Virus record (IMG/VR): IMGVR_UViG_3300026302_000105
Location: 1 to 50,822 of that record
From: a virus
Lineage: Duplodnaviria > Caudoviricetes
Length of the DNA stretch: 50,822 nucleotides
Strand: one strand, 5' to 3'
Made by a program: the position numbers and the translations under genes. Numbering within the stretch: the stretch's first letter is position 1; each line of letters opens with the position of its first letter. This document shows positions 36,724-44,646 of the stretch, piece by piece. Below the pieces are notes generated by a model. The model had not been told where the DNA came from and searched no databases. It saw nothing but the letters and a program-made list of their open reading frames with translations.

Positions 36724-37446
36724 TCACACCCCCAAGGCCGCGCGGAGATCGCGCAACTGCTGGACATTGGCCACCGGCGCGGCACGGCGCAGGAGAGCGC
36801 AGGCCTGCCCTTCATCCACCCCTGCCTCGGCCAGGATCTGCTGGGCCACGCGGAGGTGTTCGGCCCGAAACCAGAACAGCGGCTCGTCAGGACGCGGCAT
36901 GACGCCGGCAGCGGTCAGGAGCGAGCCCACGAGGTTCTGCGGATGATCGCGGTGCGGCGGCGTGACGGGAGAGGCGGATGATGTCGCCATCTGCGTCGGC
37001 GCAGGGCGCTCGGTGGGTACTGCAACAGGCTCAGCGACAGGGTTGACGCTGGCGATCACCGGCAGCGCATCGCCCGCCTTGACACGAGGCTCCGGGAAGG
37101 TCTCAGCGTAAACCCGCTCGCGGGCCACATGGTCAACCACGGCCTTGAAAACCTCGGTGCCGGGGCGCTCGTCTGCTGCCACCTCAAACGGGCGGAGAAG
37201 CTGGTAGACGCTGGGGGCGGTTCCGCTGCCTTTTTCGACGACAGCAACAAGGTCGACTTCGATCAGGCTGGCGATCGCTCCAGCGGCCGCCTGGGCGCTG
37301 ACGCCGCACATGTCGCCAAGATCGCGCAGGCTGATTCCGACGCGGCCGCGGTGGTCGGCGTGAAGCGCGAGGACCAGACGAGCGAGGCGCTGCGCGCCCC
37401 GAGGCTGCGGGTCGGTGAGGGCGAGGTGGGTGTCGAGAGCGCTCAT
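36724..37446 (-). CDS. N-terminal winged-HTH protein
   Basis: ISLRDLGDMCGVS......IASL...GSG..PSVYQL. Confidence 0.7.
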   Translation of the reverse strand: MSALDTHLALTDPQPRGAQRLARLVLALHADHRGRVGISLRDLGDMCGVSAQAAAGAIASLIEVDLVAVVEKGSGTAPSVYQLLRPFEVAADERPGTEVFKAVVDHVARERVYAETFPEPRVKAGDALPVIASVNPVAEPVAVPTERPAPTQMATSSASPVTPPHRDHPQNLVGSLLTAAGVMPRPDEPLFWFRAEHLRVAQQILAEAGVDEGQACALLRRAAPVANVQQLRDLRAALGV

Positions 37447-38159
37447 GCGATCCCCAATTCAGGTTGCCGCCAGTCGACGCGATCGAGCCAGCGAAAGTCG
37501 GGATGGTTGGACTTGGTGTCTCGGGGGTCGTCACGATCCCAGACGAACCAGGCGTTGCGCTGGGGCGCCTGCCCCTCGCCGGTGAAGTCGAGCTTCCAGC
37601 GAAGGAGGTAGCAGTAGGAGAAAGGCGACGTGTCCAGAAGCTCTCCCAGGCCATTGATACGCCCTGCCGCCCATTCCCAGCCCAGGAGGAGCGCGAGATA
37701 GCGCCATCCCGGCATCGCGAGGGTGTGCCGCAACCAGACTCCATGCCCGTCGCGCGCGGTTATCAGGCCATATGGCGGGTTGGTGATGATCACCGGGGCG
37801 CGGGATCGCAGGCACGAGAAATAGTCCGCGGTCCAGCTGTCAGGACAACCGCGGTCGACCAGATCGGAGGCGGTGCATGGAAGCCCGGCGGCGCGGATCT
37901 CGCGCACCAGCGCGCCGTCGCCGCAGGCGGGCTCCCACACAGCGCCCAGCTGGCGGATGCGGTCGCCATCCGCCGCCAGCAGCGCGCGGATCGCCTCGGG
38001 CTGGCCTGTCGGGTAGAAATCGTCGGCGCGGCGCTGATCCTGCGGCACCTTCTGGTCGGGCAGGTCGCCGAACATGCCGGGCCCGCGCACCACCTTGCGG
38101 CGCGTTGCCTTGAAGAGCGCCTTGGAGGATGCGGCCGTCATGCTGCGCTCCTCATCCAT
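37443..38159 (-). CDS. Orphan amino (N6A/N4C) DNA methyltransferase
   Basis: DDFYPT, WEPACGDG (motif I), IITNPPY (motif IV), AWFVW. Confidence 0.88.
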   Translation of the reverse strand: MDEERSMTAASSKALFKATRRKVVRGPGMFGDLPDQKVPQDQRRADDFYPTGQPEAIRALLAADGDRIRQLGAVWEPACGDGALVREIRAAGLPCTASDLVDRGCPDSWTADYFSCLRSRAPVIITNPPYGLITARDGHGVWLRHTLAMPGWRYLALLLGWEWAAGRINGLGELLDTSPFSYCYLLRWKLDFTGEGQAPQRNAWFVWDRDDPRDTKSNHPDFRWLDRVDWRQPELGIA

Positions 38160-38596
38160 GCGGCTTCACGCTTGGCGCGCTTCGCTGCCTTGGCGCGCTC
38201 CGTCTCGGCCTGGACGCGCATGGCTTTGGCCATGCGACCCTCCCAAAACGCCTTTATGCTGATCGCTGGGAACTTCCCGCAGCGGCCGCGAGACTGAAGC
38301 CCGAAGCGGTCTCGATAGTGCCGGACGCTGAAATAGGAGACGGCAAAGTGGTCCGCGATGTCTTGGTTTCCGACGCCGGCTGCCCACATCGCCGCAAACA
38401 GATCGCGGTCGACCGGCTTCGACATGCGCTTCCTCGGGTAGCCCCGAGGCGGAAAGCCGCGCTTCTTGGCGCGCAAGTTCACGGCCTGCTCGGTGATGCC
38501 GAGCATCGCGCCGATCTCGGTCTGGGTGATCGACATGTCGTCCCAAAGGCGCCTGAACTCGGCAATTGTGATCTGCTTCCCGCGCTTCCCGCTCAC
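38138..38596 (-). CDS. Tandem HTH protein (GcrA-N-like repeats)
   Basis: RRLW...TQTEIGAMLGITEQAV..RAKKRG and AMWAAG..QDIADHF...RFGL. Confidence 0.65.
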   Translation of the reverse strand: MSGKRGKQITIAEFRRLWDDMSITQTEIGAMLGITEQAVNLRAKKRGFPPRGYPRKRMSKPVDRDLFAAMWAAGVGNQDIADHFAVSYFSVRHYRDRFGLQSRGRCGKFPAISIKAFWEGRMAKAMRVQAETERAKAAKRAKREAAWMRSAA

Positions 38597-39024
38597 CTCA
38601 GCAACTCCCTCAGCCCCTTCGCTACCTTCCCGACGATCTCGGCCGCGAGCGGCGCGCGCGGGGCAACCCGGATCTCAGCCACGGCGCCGGCCATTCCTGG
38701 CACCCAGTACACGGAGATTCCGCGCACCCATTTGCGGCTGTCGTCGGGGATGACCTTTGCCTTCACCAAGGCGTCGAGGTAGGCCTTGGCGGTGTTGTCA
38801 CTGTCCATCTGGCCGACCCCCTTCTCGCCGACGAACAGCGATATGGTGACCGGCAGGGTGAAGCGCGGCGCCTGATTGGCGTGGATGGCGTCGCGCGCAG
38901 TTTTCTTCCAGGACGCGTACTCGGCAGAAACCACCCGCCCCTTGCCCGGCTCGTTGCGGAACAGGTTGTTCGTGCTGATCGGCCCCGGCAGGGCGAGCGA
39001 GACGGGTGGTTCCAGATCGAGCAT
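38593..39024 (-). CDS. rusA: RusA-like Holliday junction resolvase
   Basis: PISTNNLF...DSDNTAKAYLDALVKAKVIPDDS. Confidence 0.88.
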   Translation of the reverse strand: MLDLEPPVSLALPGPISTNNLFRNEPGKGRVVSAEYASWKKTARDAIHANQAPRFTLPVTISLFVGEKGVGQMDSDNTAKAYLDALVKAKVIPDDSRKWVRGISVYWVPGMAGAVAEIRVAPRAPLAAEIVGKVAKGLRELLR

Positions 39025-39026
39025 GG

Positions 39027-39614
39027 TCAGGCCGCCTCGATCGCGCCGAGCGACTCTGGCTCTTCGTCGGCAGGCTCCTCGCCCTCGTCGCCATCATCCG
39101 CGCGCTCGGGAAAGTCGCCCGCGATCTCGAGCTCGCCCTGGTCCTTGTCGATCTGGGCCGGGCCCCGCTCGGCGAGGAAGCTCTCGCTGTCGATCATGAC
39201 CAGCGTCACCATGTCGCCGACATGCTCGCCGAGGATCGAGCGGTTGTGCTCGATGTTGGGACAGGTGATCTTGGCCTCGATCCCCTTCTCGCCCTTGATC
39301 TTGACCTCGCCCAGCGTGATCACGACATGCGCGAAGTCGGTCTTGGTCACTTCGCGCACCGCCTTGCGCACCAGGTCGCGCGCCGCAAGATCGAGGCCGT
39401 TGGCCACCTCGGTCTGCTCCTGCTGCGACAGTTCGCTGAACGGCCGCTTCAGCAGGCGAAACCGCGTCAGCATCGCGTCGCGCAGATCGCCGGACAGCGT
39501 GTTGGCGTTGATGTCGCTGTCGACCTCGGGCAGCAGCTCGGGGCCATCGTCTTCCGGCGCCGCGGCGCCTTCGACCTCGGCCTCAACCTCGGGCGTGTCT
39601 TCCTTCTTCTTCAT
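39027..39614 (-). CDS. Hypothetical acidic phage protein
   Basis: AGGAG RBS, good codon usage, 195 aa. Confidence 0.8.
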   Translation of the reverse strand: MKKKEDTPEVEAEVEGAAAPEDDGPELLPEVDSDINANTLSGDLRDAMLTRFRLLKRPFSELSQQEQTEVANGLDLAARDLVRKAVREVTKTDFAHVVITLGEVKIKGEKGIEAKITCPNIEHNRSILGEHVGDMVTLVMIDSESFLAERGPAQIDKDQGELEIAGDFPERADDGDEGEEPADEEPESLGAIEAA

Positions 39615-39673
39615 GGTGGTCTCCTATGGGAGCCGCTGGGCGGCTGTGGGGCCCGCACCCTCGGCGCGGGATT

Positions 39674-39820
39674 TCATGGCGGCCATGAGGCGCAGGTGCG
39701 CGTCAGGACGATCCCGCCGATGGTGGCGTCACGGTCCCGGTCGGCGTGGGCGATGCCGGTGCCTACCGCGAGCAGGAGAGCCCAGACCCAGAGGATGGTG
39801 GCGATGATGTGCAGGATCAT
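39674..39820 (-). CDS. 48-aa membrane micro-protein
   Basis: MILHIIATILWVWALLLAVG...; ATGA-coupled; below the track cut-off. Confidence 0.5.
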   Translation of the reverse strand: MILHIIATILWVWALLLAVGTGIAHADRDRDATIGGIVLTRTCASWPP

Positions 39821-40077
39821 GCGGGCGTCTCCACGCAGGCCGCGAGCGTGGCGCGGTGATGCTCTTCGGCGGCGTCCATCGCGCCCTGCAAGCTGCGCTC
39901 GATCAGCGAGCCCGGCCCGGTGCTGTAGCCGTTGCGATACCAGCGCCAGTTGTCTTTGCCGTCAGCCCCGGCGACGGTGTACTCGGCAATGGGCGTGATG
40001 GCACGAAAGCGCTGGGGATAGGTGTTCGGGCCGGTTTCCCGCTCCCAGACGAGCGGCTTGGAGGACAGCGCGGTCAT
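39817..40077 (-). CDS. Hypothetical protein
   Basis: 86 aa, KPLVWE motif. Confidence 0.65.
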   Translation of the reverse strand: MTALSSKPLVWERETGPNTYPQRFRAITPIAEYTVAGADGKDNWRWYRNGYSTGPGSLIERSLQGAMDAAEEHHRATLAACVETPA

Positions 40078-40107
40078 GCGGCGTCACCGGACTGGGCGGC
40101 GGGTTTC

Positions 40108-40248
40108 TCAGCTTTCATTGCGGGCGAACTCCCTGAGAAGAGAAGAAAACTTCTCCGCCTTTTGGTTGCAGATCGCCCAGACACGCATCGCGCGAAGGGC
40201 GCGGGCCTCGTAGAACCGGGCGGCGAGATAGAGGGCGAGGCGTCTCAT
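40108..40248 (-). CDS. 46-aa basic hypothetical protein
   Basis: MRRLALYL... ATGA-coupled, GGAGG RBS. Confidence 0.5.
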   Translation of the reverse strand: MRRLALYLAARFYEARALRAMRVWAICNQKAEKFSSLLREFARNES

Positions 40249-40565
40249 TCCTCCCGCCCCTCGATGATCTCGAAGATGTTCTCGGCCCCGGCCAGCGCGA
40301 GAACGCACAGCACGGTGCCCAGCTTGGCGTCATGCTCCATCTTCATCAGGTTCTCGACCTGCCGCGGGCTCAGGTCCAGGACCGGCCCGGCGATCTGCGC
40401 CTTTTCCCGCATGGAAGCGCCCGGGAAGGTCCGCCAGAGCAGGTCTGCAAACCAGCGGCGCCGATCCTCCTGAGACACGCGGTTGAATGCGAAGGAAGAT
40501 GCGAGATGAGGGCGCAACAGTCGCCGCCGGGAAAAGCGCAGGAGCGGGATGGATGGAAGGATCAT
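40245..40565 (-). CDS. CII-position HTH-like protein
   Basis: Follows cro; AGPVLDLSPRQVENLM HTH-like segment. Confidence 0.55.
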   Translation of the reverse strand: MILPSIPLLRFSRRRLLRPHLASSFAFNRVSQEDRRRWFADLLWRTFPGASMREKAQIAGPVLDLSPRQVENLMKMEHDAKLGTVLCVLALAGAENIFEIIEGREE

Positions 40566-40789
40566 GCGGCGTCCTGGGGTGCGGTATTGCGGTCTTCGGT
40601 CGCGGTAAGCTCGTTGAAGGCCGTGGTGGCAGCGCGCCAGAGGCGCATAGTCGGCTCGAACTCCTGACGCTTCCAGCGGCCCCAGGTCGTCTCTGCGATC
40701 TCAGCCCTGCGGCACATCTCGGCGACAGTTTTCCCAGCCTCGCTGAGCTGGCGCTCCATTTCAGGGATGTCGGACGGCATCCAGGTCAT
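40562..40789 (-). CDS. cro: Cro-like repressor
   Basis: TVAEMCRRAEIAETTWGRWK HTH; divergent from cI; GAGGAG RBS before ATG 40789. Confidence 0.82.
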   Translation of the reverse strand: MTWMPSDIPEMERQLSEAGKTVAEMCRRAEIAETTWGRWKRQEFEPTMRLWRAATTAFNELTATEDRNTAPQDAA

Positions 40790-40809
40790 CGATGCTGGCT
40801 CCTCGGGAA

Positions 40810-40896
40810 TGCATTTAAGCATGAGAATGCATTAATGCACCGCTGCGGTCAAGTGCATCTTTGCAGCGTGCCGTGCAGGACTGCAGCGAGTACCGT
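40810..40896. promoter_or_regulatory. OR-like operator array with PR and PRM-like promoters
   Basis: TGCA-N4-TGCA at 40828, 40854, 40874 (imperfect copy at 40810). Leftward TTGACC-N17-CATTCT (40852-40824). Confidence 0.8.
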
Positions 40897-40902
40897 GCTT
40901 AA

Positions 40903-41568
40903 ATGACCGACGTTCGAGCAATCTCCTACATCCGCCACGTCCTCGAAGAGCGTGACATGTCGCCATCAGCCCTGGCCGAGGCGGCCGGGGTCTCGTCGAC
41001 AACGCTGACGCGCCCCTTGAACAACCCGCATCACAAATTTGAGGTGTCGCTTAGAACGCTCAAGCTGATCGAGAGGGCGACCGGTGTACCAATGGGGCCG
41101 TTCTTCGGCGAAAGCGGTCAGACTGGGGCGGTTGGCCGACCTGTGGCGGCAAACGGTGACGCTCTCGTGCCGATATTCGATGTCGAGGCCAGCGCCGGGT
41201 CTGGCGCGGTAATCGACCATGAGTCCATCGTCGACACCTTGGCGTTCCCGCGCGGCTATCTCCAGCAGATCACCAGCACGCCTCCCTCCAAGCTGGCCAT
41301 CATTTCAGTGCGCGGCGACAGCATGGAGCCGACTCTGGGCGACAAAGACGTGGTGATGATCGACCTGACCAAGAAGAACCTGGGCTTCGACGGCTTGTTC
41401 GTTATCCGGGTCGATTCTGTGCTTCATGTGAAGCGTATCCTGCGCGGCGCGCGTGCGGGCTATGTTCAGATCGTTTCCGACAAGAGGTCGGAGTATCCGG
41501 CCTATGAGCGCTCCATTTCGGAGATCGAGGTCATCGGCAAGGTTGTCTGGTATGGGAGGAAGGTATGA
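40903..41568 (+). CDS. cI: CI-like repressor (HTH + S24 autopeptidase)
   Basis: N-terminal HTH, ASAG cleavage site, GDSMEP Ser, VKR Lys. Confidence 0.93.
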   Translation: MTDVRAISYIRHVLEERDMSPSALAEAAGVSSTTLTRPLNNPHHKFEVSLRTLKLIERATGVPMGPFFGESGQTGAVGRPVAANGDALVPIFDVEASAGSGAVIDHESIVDTLAFPRGYLQQITSTPPSKLAIISVRGDSMEPTLGDKDVVMIDLTKKNLGFDGLFVIRVDSVLHVKRILRGARAGYVQIVSDKRSEYPAYERSISEIEVIGKVVWYGRKV

Positions 41569-41894
41569 AGAAGCTCACCGCCGTGATGGTTTTGTTGGCC
41601 GGCTGCGCGCCGACCTATGGCTCAATCTCATCGACCCCGATGCAGCTGGGAGACGGAAGCCTGGCCTATCGGTATCAAGGGCGGGCCAATTTCGGGCATC
41701 AGCTCGCCGAGGCAGACAGGCAGATGGCTGAGCATTGTGCTGCGGTGAATGGCGGAAGGCCGGTGATGGTCAGACAAGACACGCGGCAGATTGGCGGCGG
41801 CGGATTCGTCCAGGCTCAGCCGACGGGCTTCGCTTCCTTCAGCGCGATGAGCAACCAGAACCAGGAGATCCTATTCCGCTGTGTGCCAGACTGA
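41565..41894 (+). CDS. Lipoprotein in cI operon
   Basis: MKKLTAVMVLLAGC lipobox; two more Cys; ATGA-coupled to cI. Confidence 0.8.
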   Translation: MKKLTAVMVLLAGCAPTYGSISSTPMQLGDGSLAYRYQGRANFGHQLAEADRQMAEHCAAVNGGRPVMVRQDTRQIGGGGFVQAQPTGFASFSAMSNQNQEILFRCVPD

Positions 41895-41916
41895 TTGAGA
41901 CTCCGCGGCGCTGGAG

Positions 41917-42270
41917 GTGGCGATGTCGATAAACGGATGGGCCGCGGTCGTCGGCGCGGCAGTGGCGCTCTGGATTGCCGGTGGCATCACCTATCAGATA
42001 GGCCAGCGAACCGGTGAGCGGAACGCAATCGACCGGGAAGCCCGAGAGCGGCGTAGCCACGAAATTCTGGTTCTTCAGCAACAGGCCCTGAACTCGCGCC
42101 CCACCGAGGAGATTTGCCAAGAGGTGCTGCGCGAAAGCGCGGAGGATATGGTCAGGGAAATGATCCATAGCGGCGAGGCAGCAGAGGTATGTGAGGCCGT
42201 GCTGTATGACCCCCGGCAAGATGGCGACTCCTTGGATTGGAGCGAATACTACGCGCGACGAGGAGGCTGA
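41917..42270 (+). CDS. Membrane-anchored protein in cI operon
   Basis: N-terminal TM, GGAGG RBS, two Cys. Confidence 0.65.
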   Translation: MAMSINGWAAVVGAAVALWIAGGITYQIGQRTGERNAIDREARERRSHEILVLQQQALNSRPTEEICQEVLRESAEDMVREMIHSGEAAEVCEAVLYDPRQDGDSLDWSEYYARRGG

Positions 42271-42303
42271 GCCCCGCCCAGCTCGCAAAAGACCTGCCTC
42301 TGC

Positions 42304-42328
42304 GCCCCGCCCCTCGCGGGGCTTTTCT
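42304..42328 (+). terminator. Rho-independent terminator of cI operon
   Basis: GCCCCGC-ccctc-GCGGGGC-TTTTCT. Confidence 0.8.
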
Positions 42329-42352
42329 ATGCCCGAAGAGAATCAGGCATCA

Positions 42353-42411
42353 TGCATCAGTGCACGATGATGCATTTATGCATTGACTTATATCGTGCAT
42401 TAATGCACCTT
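42353..42411 (+). promoter_or_regulatory. OL-like operator array and PL promoter
   Basis: TGCA-N4-TGCA at 42353, 42371, 42396; TTGACT-N17-CACCTT (42383-42411). Confidence 0.8.
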
Positions 42412-42466
42412 CTCCGTACCAGCCGAAGACGCCCGCCGGGCAGATCGCTGACCAGAGGAGAACACA

Positions 42467-42754
42467 ATGACCGCGCCCTATCCCGATACCACCTATGTCG
42501 CGCACCGGCTTTTCACCGGGCGCCCGTTCCCCGATGGCGGCGTCTGGGGCGACATCCTCGACGGCCCGGTGCCTGACGCCGAGGGCGCGCTGGAAGCCAT
42601 CATCGAGAACTTCAAGGACGAGATTGCCATCGGCGACCACCCGTCGCGGCAGACCCTGCGTGTCTGGCACATCGAGGCGGGCCGGGCCGAGGACTGCACG
42701 GGCTGGGCCATCGAAGCGATCATCGACCTGCTGACCGAGAGGGACGCGGCATGA
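42467..42754 (+). CDS. Acidic hypothetical early protein
   Basis: GAGGAG RBS; first gene after PL. Confidence 0.75.
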   Translation: MTAPYPDTTYVAHRLFTGRPFPDGGVWGDILDGPVPDAEGALEAIIENFKDEIAIGDHPSRQTLRVWHIEAGRAEDCTGWAIEAIIDLLTERDAA

Positions 42755-42942
42755 CCTCGGAGGAGATCAAGAGCGCGGCCAATCTGCTGCGCCGCATCAC
42801 CGCCCTCGCCCTGGACGAGTTCGCTCACGGGGAGAGGGACGGCAGCATGAAGAACATGGCCGAGGGGCTGCGCTACCTCGAGGATGCCGTCGTGAAATGC
42901 CGCCGCGCCTTGCAGAAGGCGCAGCCGGAGGCGGCGCAATGA
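42751..42942 (+). CDS. Hypothetical protein
   Basis: ATGA-coupled 63 aa. Confidence 0.7.
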   Translation: MTSEEIKSAANLLRRITALALDEFAHGERDGSMKNMAEGLRYLEDAVVKCRRALQKAQPEAAQ

Positions 42943-43166
42943 TCCGCCAGCGCGACATTCTCGCCATCGTGGCCATCGACGAGGCGGGCCCGGTGATCGC
43001 CGCGCCTGAGCCGGTGTTTCGCAGCTGCCGTTCAGCGCTGCCCGGACCCTCGGTCAGCGCCGCGCGCGAGGGCCGCGCCATCGCCGCGCGCTTTGACTAC
43101 GACGTTTCCCGCGTTCGCACCTATGTCGCGGTCGTCGGGGCCGTCGCGGAGAGGGCCTGCAGGTGA
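42939..43166 (+). CDS. Hypothetical protein
   Basis: MIRQRDIL..., ATGA-coupled. Confidence 0.55.
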   Translation: MIRQRDILAIVAIDEAGPVIAAPEPVFRSCRSALPGPSVSAAREGRAIAARFDYDVSRVRTYVAVVGAVAERACR

Positions 43167-43282
43167 CCCGCGTCATTCTCCTCGCCGCAACCATCGCCGC
43201 CACGCTTGCCGTGGCCATCGTCGCCAGCTCCGCGATTTCCCGCGCCGCCTTCGACGTCACCAACCCCATGATGGAGTTCTGA
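43163..43282 (+). CDS. 39-aa membrane micro-protein
   Basis: GTGA-coupled; hydrophobic RVILLAATIAATLAVAIVA. Confidence 0.5.
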   Translation: MTRVILLAATIAATLAVAIVASSAISRAAFDVTNPMMEF

Positions 43283-43285
43283 GCC

Positions 43286-44419
43286 ATGAACGCCGCCACC
43301 GAAATCGAGCAGGGCACCGCCCTTGCTCTCCCTGCCGCCACCGACCTTGCCGCCCTGTTCAAGCGCGAGGACGGGATCGCGGGCATCGTCGCCCAGCTGG
43401 AGATAGCCGCGCGCGATGAGGCCAAGGGCTACGACGCCAGCACGAAGAAGGGGCGCGAAGCCCTGAAATCGCTCGCGGCCAAGGTCAGCACCTCGAAGGC
43501 CGAGCTCGACCGCCAGGGCAAAGCCCTGACCGAGCAGCAGCGCAAGGAAATCGACGCGGTGAATGCTGGCCGCCGCGTTGCCGATCAGCGCCTCGCCGCC
43601 CTGCGCGACGAGATCCGCAAGCCGGTCACCGACTGGGAGAAGGCCGAGGAGGATCGCATCGAAGCGCTCAAGGCCCGGCTCGCCCGCATGGAAGGGGCCC
43701 AGCCCTCCGAAGACACCAGCGAAGCGATCCGGGCGCTGATCCAGCGCGTCGAGGCCGTCGAACTGGATGACAGCTGGGCCGAGTACAAGGCGCATGCCGC
43801 CGTGGCGAAGGACGCCAAGCTGACCGATTTGCGCAGGCGACTGGCCGCCACCGAGAAGCGCGAGGCGGAGCAGGCTGAGCTGGCCAGGCTGCGCGCGGAG
43901 CAGGCGAAGCGTGACGAAGAGGATCGGCTGCGCCGCGAGGCCGAGGAGGCTGAAGCGCGCCGCATTGAAGCCGAGAAGGCCGAAGCCGAGCGCCTTGCTC
44001 AGATCGAGCGTGACAAGGCCGAGGCCGCCGAGCGGGCCCGCAGGGAAGCCGAGGAGAAAGCGAAGGCCGAGGCCGACCGCGCTTCTCGTGAAGCCGCCAC
44101 CCGCGAGGCGCAGTTGCTTCGGGAGCGCGAGGCCGCGAAGCGGGTGGCCGAGGAAGCCGAAGCCCGCCGGGTTCGCGAACTGGCCGAGGCCGAGGAGCGC
44201 ACGAAGGCGGCGGCGCAGGCCGAGCGGGACCGGATCGCCGCCGAGCGCGCGGCCGAGGAAGAGGCCCGCCGGAAGCGCGAGGCCGATCATGAGCACCGCG
44301 CGCAGATCCGGGCCGAGATCATCGAAGCCCTGTCCGCTATGCGCGGCGCGGCCAGCCCGCAACAGATCGCCGATGCCCTGATGGCCGGCAAGATCCCGCA
44401 CTGCGAGGTGAAGCTGTGA
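43286..44419 (+). CDS. Long coiled-coil early phage protein
   Basis: DASTKKGREALKSLAAKV.SK..LD..GK N-terminus, E/A/R-rich coil, GKIPH C-terminus. Confidence 0.85.
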   Translation: MNAATEIEQGTALALPAATDLAALFKREDGIAGIVAQLEIAARDEAKGYDASTKKGREALKSLAAKVSTSKAELDRQGKALTEQQRKEIDAVNAGRRVADQRLAALRDEIRKPVTDWEKAEEDRIEALKARLARMEGAQPSEDTSEAIRALIQRVEAVELDDSWAEYKAHAAVAKDAKLTDLRRRLAATEKREAEQAELARLRAEQAKRDEEDRLRREAEEAEARRIEAEKAEAERLAQIERDKAEAAERARREAEEKAKAEADRASREAATREAQLLREREAAKRVAEEAEARRVRELAEAEERTKAAAQAERDRIAAERAAEEEARRKREADHEHRAQIRAEIIEALSAMRGAASPQQIADALMAGKIPHCEVKL

Positions 44420-44646
44420 GCGGCGTGCACCCCTGCGACTATGCGTTCCCCGTGGCGCCCGGCGATGTTCCGTACTGGCAGCCCGGCATGTCGATCCTCG
44501 AATGGTACGCCGGTCAGGCGCTGCCGCAGATCATCAACACATGCGCACGCGACACGACCAAGCCGGGCGAAACCCGGGAACAGCTTTTCGCTCGCAAGGC
44601 CTTCGAGGTTGCGCGGGCGATGATGTCGGAGGCCCGGAAGCAATGA
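44416..44646 (+). CDS. Hypothetical phage protein (AFP...GMS..EWYAGQAL family)
   Basis: Recurrent phage motif; GTGA-coupled. Confidence 0.75.
   Translation: MSGVHPCDYAFPVAPGDVPYWQPGMSILEWYAGQALPQIINTCARDTTKPGETREQLFARKAFEVARAMMSEARKQ

Noticed and set aside
36180-38159. HNH plus methylase as a restriction-modification system
   Set aside because: They are separated by another gene, and both types are common stand-alone genes in phage replication regions.
43860-44300. Repetitive GCCGAG-rich tract
   Set aside because: Explained by an E/A/R coiled coil; no fixed repeat-spacer period, so not CRISPR or a DNA repeat array.
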